Shown here: positions 25,001 through 33,724 of the stretch, one piece after another | Layout of the letters: every line of letters starts with the position of its first letter | How positions within the stretch are numbered: position 1 is the first letter of the stretch | Source of the DNA: Trichoplax sp. H2 | Lineage: Eukaryota | Reading direction: 5' to 3' | DNA length: 33,724 bases | NCBI GenBank assembly: GCA_003344405.1 | Contig: NOWV01000011.1 | Location: 992,001 to 1,025,724 of the forward strand | Program-made: the position numbers and the translations under genes | The notes under the pieces: generated by a model | Told to the model about the DNA's origin: nothing | What the model saw: only the letters and a program-made list of their open reading frames with translations | Databases searched by the model: none

Positions 25001-28000
25001 TCAAAAACAATGATTATATTATGAGTTACCCTCTCTGCTAACACTAAATAATGAATAGTTACGAAATTTTCGTTTTATAATAAAAAATGACAGGATCCAC
25101 TTTTTGACAATTTGAAGATTAAAGATAGTGATCGTCCTGGAGAAGAAGAAAACATCGCTGATTGCTATAGTCTTAGTTCCGATGACGAAGAGCTTTTATC
25201 TGATGACGTCTACAAAAGTTATTTAACTCTTCGTAAGCCTCCCCCAAGTCGTGGAATAATTAATGTTAATCGCCCCGCCTCTGAGACGGATATTTGCATC
25301 TCTCCTCATTTAATTCCTATTTTGAAAACTCATCAGGTAATCAATTATATCACATGTGTAAATAGCATAATTGCTTACCTAGTAATTGCATACTACATAT
25401 CAACTTTCTCGTATTCGTGACCTTAAATGGTTTTCATCTTCAATAAAGATTAATGAAACTCTTAAACGCTATTAATGATATAGCAGTCTCTCTGCTCTAG
25501 GTCATATAAGTCTTTAGCGATATAACAACAAACATTAAGCTATACTGTGCTTTGCCGTCGTTATATTTGTTGTTGATGAATTCTAATATTGAATAAATGA
25601 CATCCTATGGGTTAATATATAATTTAACTATCGATCATTGGATAGGTGGCAGGTATCCAGTTTCTATTTAACAATGTAGTGGAATCTTTTAAGCGCTACA
25701 GAACAAGTGACGGCTTGGGCTGTATTTTAGCCCATTCAATGGGTCTTGGAAAGACGTTACAAGTTGTTGCTTTCATCGAAATCTTCTTACGTGCATTAAG
25801 CGCAAAATGTGTTTTATGTATTGTACCTCTATCTACTCTAGATCACTGGCTAAATGAAATAAATTACTGGTTGCCAAGTTCTACCTCCGCTCTTTTCTCT
25901 GTAAGAACATCTCGATAAAGCTGTAGCGATTATGTTGTAGAGCACGCATGAATGCAATATTGTACATGCACAATCTTCACTTTAATTTCTTCTTTCTACT
26001 ACAGAAATTCAATTACCAACGCCCATTTAAGGTCTACCAAATCAGCAGTAATTGCAAATCATTAAAAGATAGAGCTAATATCATTAATGAATGGCGAAAT
26101 ATTGGAGGTGTCCTAATTATTGGCTACGATATGTACCGTATATTAATGACAATGTCAGCATATCAAAACAACACGAAGAAGAAGGGAAAGAAAGTTGCTT
26201 CTTCCGATAGTATGGAAATTGTCGATTTAGATCTCATAGAAGAAAAATCGCAATACATTAAGGGTAAGTTTTTTAATAATATCTTTAATTAGTTATACGC
26301 GTATATCCATTATTTAATTAGTTCACCTACTAACTCTCATGATACTTATTTTGGTAAATTCCGTAGATATTCGTCTTGCATTATCAGATCCGGGCCCAGA
26401 CTTAGTAATATGTGATGAAGGGCATATCTTGAAGAATGCAACAGCTTCTGTTACGAAGACTTTAAAAGAAATTAAAACAAAGTAATTTTCAATATTTCAC
26501 TACCGTACGCATTATAGCGCGTGGTTGAGTAAATATTCTTTTTTATTGCTTAATCCAAACAGACGTCGAATAGTTTTAACAGGCTATCCGATACAAAATA
26601 ATCTAATAGAATATTGGTGTATGGTGGATTTCGTTAGACCTAACTACCTCGGTGATAAAAAACAATTTTCTAACATGTTTGAACGACCTATAGCTAACGG
26701 CGAATGTGTTGATAGTACACCAAATGTATGCATACTATTATATTAACATGATCAGAAATCAACATTGGAAGTTTCATTAATAATGTTTGTACATATGATT
26801 ACAGGACATTAAAAAAATGAGGTTCAGATCGTACGTTTTACAGAAAATGTTAAAAGGCTTTGTACAAAGGTATTATTGTAGTCGTACTATTGAGTATTTT
26901 GTTTTTATATTATTGATTAAGTATATGTATACTGAATAATATTTTATTTCCGTCCAATTGTTGCCATAAACACAAGGCGAAGCCAAAAAATATTGAAAGA
27001 CGCTTTACTACCCAAGAAGGAATACGTTTTACTGATTAGGATGTCACCTATCCAAGAAAGACTATATAATGCTTTCATTGAATGTGTAATTAAAAAAAAT
27101 TGGACCAAAATTAGCTTAAAGATTGGCGCTAACGTTTTATTAGCCTTTTCTGTCTTGTATAAAGTACGTATGTACAGTATCTCATAAACTCTAAGATGTG
27201 TTGTTCTAACTGACAGGCCCTACGGCTGCTAAATCTATATACTTATAATTCAGGTTTGGAATCATCCTGATGTGTTACACCAGGCTATAATGCAACAAGA
27301 TAAAACCTACCAATATGATATCTTAGTAAGCACTACGAACTTGAACGTAACTTTTTTAGTATAATTACGCTAATATCGTAGAGTTAAGTGCCATTTAATC
27401 TATAATCTGTAAAATTTACACCAAAGTTCACATACTGTCTGAGTGTCTGAGTGGTTACTAATAGTACTTAATCGAGTACTTTCAATAACTTAATAGAACG
27501 ATGCAGATCGTGATTTGGAATTAGAACTTGGAGCTAATACTAGTAATGATAATTCTGACGTTCATGGCAATCACGAAACTAAAGTAACCAGACGTACCAA
27601 TAAAACAGAAGACGAAGGGTCATCCATAGATTATTCATGGGTCAGTTAATAACTTAAATGCTCACTACTCTAATTGTAATAACTTGCGCTATACGAGTAC
27701 AATATCTACGTTTTACAGGCGTTTCCATCGATGGCGCATTATGCACCTGGAGTTCTCGAACATGGTGGAAAAATGGTAATATTAATGGATTTAATTGAAA
27801 ATAGCGTAAAACTTGGTGATCGAATGTTAATATTCAGGTATTCTGACATTTAGTTTTATTAAATATTTTTGGCTACCCATCTGTGTTGATGATATTATTC
27901 TGTTGCAACTCTAACGTATTAACACTTGTTTCTTACGTTAGCCAAAGCCTAGTAACTCTATCAATAATAGAACACTTTCTATCAAAAATCGAAATACCAT

Positions 28001-29519
28001 GCACGTCGTCTGAAGGAAACAACAAAAAATGGGCTAAGAATGAAAGTTACTTTCGTAAGTTAATACAAACTTCACAACGTTTACGTTATCGCTACAATAT
28101 CGATGTAAAGAAAATTAATGGTTGCATCTATTAATAAGTAAGTTATGGAAGATTTTAAGAAATTGTAACTGTGACTTTATAACTATGAAATATAATTTAG
28201 GTATCGACGGTAGCGTACCTAGTCATGAACGTTCTCGATTAATTGATTTATTTAATTCCCCCGACAACAACTCCGTATGGCTTTTCTTAATTTCTACCAG
28301 GTACCGTGGAGGCATCAATACAGATTGTAATAAAATTAATTACAGTACATTAACGATCGATAACATACAGTACAGTATCGGTGTAACTGTTTGTCGCGAT
28401 TTGATTTTTATTACATAAAGTAACGTAAATGCAAGTAATCATGCTAACATAAAATGGACTCTTATAATTTAATAGAGCTGGTAATCTTGGTATTAATCTT
28501 GTAGCTGCAAATCGTGTAGTTATTTATGACTCAGCCTGGAATCCATGTTACGATAATCAAGCAGCATTTAGGTTATCATTTATTATACGAATGACTGTCA
28601 CTATATAAAGTATGTTTCATTTGAGGATGTGATTACTTCCAATACTAAAATTTTACCTTTTATTCGTTAGAATCTACCGGTACGGACAAAAGAAACCGTG
28701 TTACATTTACCGTTTGGTAGGTAGTAACACGATGGAACATGTAATTTATAAATGCCAAATTCGTAAACAAGGCCTTTCACGTAAGAAAATATCATAGCAT
28801 GTCTAATAAATTATCATTTTAATATACAATTAGCAGCTGTAGCTTACGTTACTCATTTTATCTGAACTATCACGTTGAATATAGTTAAACGATAGTTGAC
28901 TTCAAATGCTTGTATTTGTAGGTCGAATCATCGACGAGAGAAATCCTTGTGCAGTTTTCACTAAAAGAGAATTAAAAGCTACTATGCAATTAGAGGTATA
29001 CGTTTTTAATTATTAACATTTCTATTACTAGAAAGGATTTATAACATTTGCGATGATTATACGCAGCATCCACATGAGCCATATGTAGATCTCAGTAGAC
29101 TTCAATTCGATGATCTTCTCATGGCAAATACGATAAAAAAGAATGGGCATTGGCTGACAAGGGTATATCTTGTTTGATGATGTCATTATATCAATTTATC
29201 AGATAACTCTTGAACCATTATTTTTCTCGGAACCTATTTAGGCGCCATTTGAGCATGAATCGTTGCTATTAGACGATGAAAACCAAGAGATTACGCCAGA
29301 AGAGGAACGCCAGGCAACGCAAGGTGCCATAATCGTACTAGATCAATATTAATCCGTTTTCGTACCTAATTACATCTAATAGCTCTTGTTATTATCTGCG
29401 TATTTATTCATATCGTAGTTACAGCCAATTACTTTAGTTCACTCGAGAAAGGAACCGATTTAAAGCTATCCGATAGTGATGTCAAACCACAGTATTTAAG
29501 TCATGGACTATTACTGTAA
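22099..29519 (+). CDS. RAD54L2: RAD54L2/ARIP4-like SNF2-family helicase-like ATPase, ~19 exons, ~968 aa
   Basis: Phase-consistent exons: 22099-22611, 25094-25336, 25646-25900, 26005-26263, 26367-26481, 26563-26725, 26805-26869, 26977-27163, 27254-27325, 27497-27640, 27719-27837, 27942-28054, 28201-28300, 28476-28571, 28671-28780, 28922-28995, 29067-29162, 29242-29323, 29419-29519. Motifs: [30 protein letters not shown] (Walker A), [12 protein letters not shown] (Walker B), [72 protein letters not shown]-terminal [10 protein letters not shown] and [11 protein letters not shown] resemble the ARIP4 N-terminus as I recall it, and there is no ATRX ADD domain. The last exon and any extra exons in intron 1 are uncertain. 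Confidence 0.92.
22930..24200. repeat. Old, diverged tandem array (~6-7 units of ~175-235 bp) inside ARIP4-like intron 1
   Basis: Recurring acaatcgctttgactagtcctgaag.atcttcaa ... tagcccaaatagtaaagaatc with anchors near 23012, 23231, 23466, 23649, 23837 and 24012. Confidence 0.85.
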
Positions 29520-29825
29520 AAAAGGCCGGGGTCTTACCTAATAGGCGTCCATAATCGTGTAACAGAGGATCTCTAGTGTACACTATCTAGTTTATCGTGT
29601 GTGAATACGTGCGCAGCATTATACGGTATCGTATGGTACTGCTCCAGGCGCCGCTAGATACGATATGCTTTAGTCTTCAAATTATGTATTTTGCTACTAA
29701 GAGTACTTGCCAGAAAGCATTTTACTAAACATATTGCGTACACAGACAAGGCCGATTTGACTAGATTGTACAGTATGTGTATCTGATTTGCAACATCTGA
29801 TCAATTTTGTCCCATCCCGTTGCAT

Positions 29826-30170
29826 CCAGGTACTTCTCTAAATTTTTTTTCCAATACCCAGTAAAAGGAATATCGAGAAGTCCCTGTTGTACAACACGTA
29901 TACTCCTGGTTACGGCATTACATTAATCCAGTGGACGATATCTAGATATTGTAGTCCTTTGCATATCATAACCAGGTACTTCTCGATGTATTTTTGTACC
30001 CAGTAAGAAAGAATGTCGAGAAGTTTCTGTTCTACCATATACTTCTGCTTACGGCATAACGTTAGTCGAGTTGACGACATCCAGATAAGGTAGTCCTTTC
30101 CGTATCATAACCAGGTACTTCTCGATATTTTCTTGTACCCAGTAAAAAAGAATATCGAGAAACCTGTTGT
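29826..30170. repeat. ~2.4-copy tandem repeat, period 139-146 bp
   Basis: ccaggtacttctc...acccagtaa...gaat(a/g)tcgagaa at 29826, 29972 and 30111. Confidence 0.9.
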
Positions 30171-30608
30171 AAACGTACAGTGTACAGGGACTGCATTCTA
30201 TTTTAGTGCAGTAATCCCTGAGTCTACCACGGAAGACAGTATACCAGGTCTTTGAATAATTAAGTTAAATCACTACCACATCGGTCACTCTTGTCTGGGT
30301 ATTCCATGTCTGTTTTCTAAATCATTCGTACTAATATTGTCGAGGGCCTTTTCGATACTCACACCAAATAGAGTCGCGTCATTAAGCTAAATATCCTTTA
30401 TTGTTAAACTCTACTCTAGTATATAAGCGTAGCTCCTCTGACAGCATTCTATCAACAGTTAAAAATGGTAACGTGCTGTGGAACGTGCATTCAATCACTT
30501 ACGAATAATTAAATTATTCGTAGATGACAAGTACTAATCCTACATTATGGCGTAATATCAAGATACGTATTTCGCCTAGTACTAGGAGGTTAAACGTCAT
30601 TATTTGTA

Positions 30609-30978
30609 ACAAATTGAACGTAACATACATTGACTTTCTTGCATAACTTTTTTTAAGCAGAACTTAGTAACAGGCAATAAGATTCAATATAATCATACTT
30701 AATTCAGAAGAAATTACTCAATTCGGAATCGACAAATTGAACCTAATATACATTGACTATCTTGCATAACTTTTTTTAAGCAGAACTTAGCAACAGGCAA
30801 TAGGATTCAATGTAATCATACTTAATTTAGAAGAAATTACTCAATTCGGAATCGACAAATTGAACCTAATATACATTGACTATCTTGCATAACTTTTTTT
30901 AAGCAAACTTAGTAACAGGTAATAAGATTCAATGTAATCATACTTAATTCAGAAGAAATTACTCAATTCGGAATCGAC
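30609..30978. repeat. 3-copy ~123-bp minisatellite
   Basis: agaagaaattactcaattcggaatcgac ends units at about 30733, 30856 and 30978; near-identical copies. Confidence 0.97.
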
Positions 30979-31494
30979 CGTCTCCGTACTAAACAACTGT
31001 TAGCTTAAGATACAGTAATGTGGGTTATTGGGGGTTAAAAGCAAAAATACTATTTGCTCACTCGCAGCCCACATGGATGTGGGCTGTCTCACGAGAAGAT
31101 ATTTCACTGTGGGTTGACATCACTAGCCAGTAGCTACCAATCTATGCCTTCTGCGCCTTCTTGCAGCACATCAAGAAAAATGCCTAGAGCAGGGTATACG
31201 CTTACTTTCTCACTGTTATTTAAATTACTTCACATTTCAACCCATTTATTGTAATTGAAGCTAAATATGAATTACTCAACATTCGTTTTATTTTTAGCTC
31301 GAAGTGTAAATCAGTATGGATGACAATCATGAGCTTGCAAATGCTTTAACGGATGAATTCACTGAATTATAATTCTCCAAATCTGGTTTATTGTATTGCA
31401 TAACATGTCATGCAATTCTCAACTACATTTTTTCATTACTGCCTAATGGCAAGATTGTTTTATATTTTTAAAAATCATGTATATTTACCTTTTT

Positions 31495-32570
31495 ACTACT
31501 ATCTATATACGCACAATTCGCATTTGATTTTGAGCCAATTTCTGTAATTATGATAAATTTTTATCACTTCTAATTATCATGTACTGTACGTATGCTATCC
31601 TAACGCTTACAAGAATCGAATCTACGCAAAAGCCCAGCTTGAATAATTAATCAATGTTTACTTCTTATTGCTATCTATACGTACAATCGTTATTTAATTT
31701 TGAACTAGTTTCTGCAATTATAAATTTATTTTTTATCACTTTTAATTACCATTTACGTGTGCTACCTAACTGCGTACGAGAATCGAACACGCAAAAGCGA
31801 TTGTAATAAATCAATGTTTACTTCTTACTGCTATCTATACATACAATTTGTATTTGATTTTGAGCCAGTTTGTGTAATTATAAATTTATTTTTTATCAGT
31901 TTTAATTACTATGTACGTGTGCTATCCAACTGCATACAAGAATCGAATCTACGCAGAAGCGTAGTTTGAGTAATTAATCAATGTTTACTTCTTACTGCTA
32001 TCTATATTATATATACAATTCGTATTTAATTTTGAGCAAGTTTGTGTAATTCTAATTTATTTTTTATCACTTTTAATTACCATGTACGTGTGCTATCCAA
32101 CTGCGTACAAGAATCGAATCTACACAAAAACGTAGTTTGAGTAATAAATCAATGCTTGCTTCTTACTGCTATCTATACATACAATTCGTATTTAATTTTG
32201 AGCTAGTTTGTGTAATTATAAATTTATTTTTGATCACTTTAATTGACGTGTGCTATCCAAATGCGTACAATACTACTGTCTATGCATGCAATTCGTATTT
32301 GATTTCGAGCCAGTTTGTGTAATTATAAATTCATTTTTATCACTTTGATTGCCATGTACATGTGCTATCGAAATGCACACAATACTACTGTCTATACATA
32401 CAATTCCTATTTGATTTTGGGCCAGTTTGTGTAATTATAAATATATTTTTATCACTTTTATTGCTATATACGTGTACTATCTATTTGCGTACAGAATCAA
32501 ATCTACGCGTGGACAATTTGCTCAGTGATGGCGCATCGCAGCGAAAAATGCTGCTTGTCTATCTATATAT
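31495..32570. repeat. ~7-unit tandem array, units 160-172 bp with two shortened ~110-bp units
   Basis: ct(a/g)tctat anchors at 31499, 31671, 31831, 31998, 32169, 32276, 32388 and 32559; shared ttttgagccagtttgtgtaattataaat and gaatcgaatctacgca. Confidence 0.93.
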
Positions 32571-32625
32571 ACTGTAAGTTCGTTTCCAGTCCCTTTTTCT
32601 TTCTTATGATTTTGAAATTTTAAGA

Positions 32626-32891
32626 TATACAAAAACCTATTAAAACTGGCGCGGATGAATGGGGCTAATGTTCCACATCGTTTAAAATACAGGGTTACTA
32701 TAAAGTTTCACAGGTCTTCCTATACAAAAACCTGTTAAAACTGGCGCGGATGAATGGAGCTAATGTTCCACATCGTTTAAAATACAGGGTTACTATAAAG
32801 TTTCACAGGTCTTCCTATACAAAACCTATTAAAACTGGCGCGGAGAAGTGGCGGCTAATGTTCCACATAGTTTAAAATACAGAGTTACTAT
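32626..32891. repeat. ~2.8-copy 95-bp minisatellite
   Basis: tatacaaaa(a)cct(a/g)ttaaaactggcgcgga at 32626, 32721 and 32816. Confidence 0.97.
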
Positions 32892-33511
32892 TAAATCTTC
32901 ATAATATTGGTATGTACAGTAGGAATGATGTACTGTATGGCTAGCCTTTCTCGACCTTTGCTTAATGAACATCACTGACTGCTGAAATACAGTCTGCAAT
33001 AACACTTTTGAAAATAATTACCCCTAATACTTTCAAAAGTGTTGTCGTATGAAGTCGATTCTCCAGTAAATAAATAAATAAATAAATATATCCATGTTCC
33101 TTCGCAGTCCATAGGACAGTACCCTATGTACAGTAGTAAACACTGTACCGTGTTGAGGACAGTAGAAAAAAGTCCATAACAGCCATGGAGTCACAAGTAA
33201 CTAAACTAGCCCATGGTACAGTCAGGAACTAGTGAAAGTGATACGATCACAGTCATTTCATGATTGGTACTTCAGTCGATCTTAACTGGTACCCGTACCG
33301 GTCCAAGTCTGACGTCAAGGGTAAGGCTGAAAGCACTTGGATTGAAGCGGCCAGCGTGTCAACACTGTTCCACTATGATGATGGAGTAGCAAGACAAGAT
33401 GGCCAAAAGCAATTGCAAATCTCTTTTCACTTGTAGCTTTTTCCACTGGACTTTTTCCATCGTTTGAAATAGTCTTGAAAGAATAATAGCGCTAGCGATA
33501 CAGAGGAGAAG

Positions 33512-33724
33512 ATGAAAAGACAACATCCACTCACCAATCAACCATCTCATCCTCTGACCGCCAATTTCAATCGATCCAATGACACTCTCCAGTATCCATT
33601 CTTCTTCGGCGATTATCAAAGCAAACGTAAAAAAATTCAACCAGTTCAACCTTTTCGCGCTCTTAGCCAGCCAGCATTACAAGCACAACGTCAAGAGCGA
33701 CAACGATTAACTCGATTAGGCTTG
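33512..33724 (+). CDS. RAD54L2: Second (tandem) RAD54L2/ARIP4-like gene, 5' partial; first exon runs off the window
   Basis: ATG 33512 is open to the window end: MKRQHPLTNQPSHPLTANFNRSNDTLQYPFFFGDYQSKRKKIQPVQPFRALSQPALQAQRQERQRLTRLGL. By hand alignment it is 41/61 identical to the N-terminus at 22099, with a 10-aa insertion and a shared leader. Completeness cannot be seen. Confidence 0.85.
   Translation, partial: MKRQHPLTNQPSHPLTANFNRSNDTLQYPFFFGDYQSKRKKIQPVQPFRALSQPALQAQRQERQRLTRLGL

Noticed and set aside
25646-28780. Calling the SNF2 gene ATRX or RAD54
   Set aside because: No ADD/PHD zinc finger, and [33 protein letters not shown] and the N-terminal motifs fit RAD54L2/ARIP4 better. A phylogeny would settle it.
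31655-31988. TGTTTAC forkhead consensus sites in three repeat units
   Set aside because: A single site copied by the repeat. The 7-mer also occurs many times elsewhere in this AT-rich window, so there is no evidence of FoxP regulation.
31757-32577. Similar hydrophobic ORFs resembling a small gene family (also 16440-16640, 20485-20742, 11973-12158)
   Set aside because: Translations of tandem repeat units; the frame is not conserved between units.
33359-33649. 96-aa minus-strand ORF
   Set aside because: Antisense shadow of the plus-strand ARIP4 paralog exon. The same applies to 22459-22689.

Overview
AT-rich eukaryotic (animal) genomic DNA with short GT-AG introns. The style is consistent with a compact early-branching metazoan genome such as a placozoan, but that is inference only. 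Reconstructed by hand from splice sites and reading frames: (1) the 3' end of a TMEM243-like membrane protein gene (+, 1-558), missed by the ORF track; (2) an orphan 137-codon terminal exon (-, 1954-2365); (3) a complete 13-exon FoxP transcription factor gene (-, 6354-10027, ~580 aa, with zinc finger, leucine zipper and forkhead); (4) a ~12 kb stretch with no recognisable coding sequence, carrying tandem duplications and strong minus-strand splice donors; (5) a ~19-exon RAD54L2/ARIP4-type SNF2 ATPase gene (+, 22099-29519, ~968 aa), head-to-head with FoxP; (6) the start of a second, diverged tandem copy of that gene (+, 33512 to window end). The ARIP4 region is dense in unrelated minisatellite arrays. 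I found no CRISPR array, RNA gene or autonomous mobile element, and no evidence for a wholly new system. The best leads are the fast-diverging ARIP4 tandem paralog, the possible alternative FoxP 3' exon, the atypical forkhead hinge and the apparent ancient linkage of the three genes.
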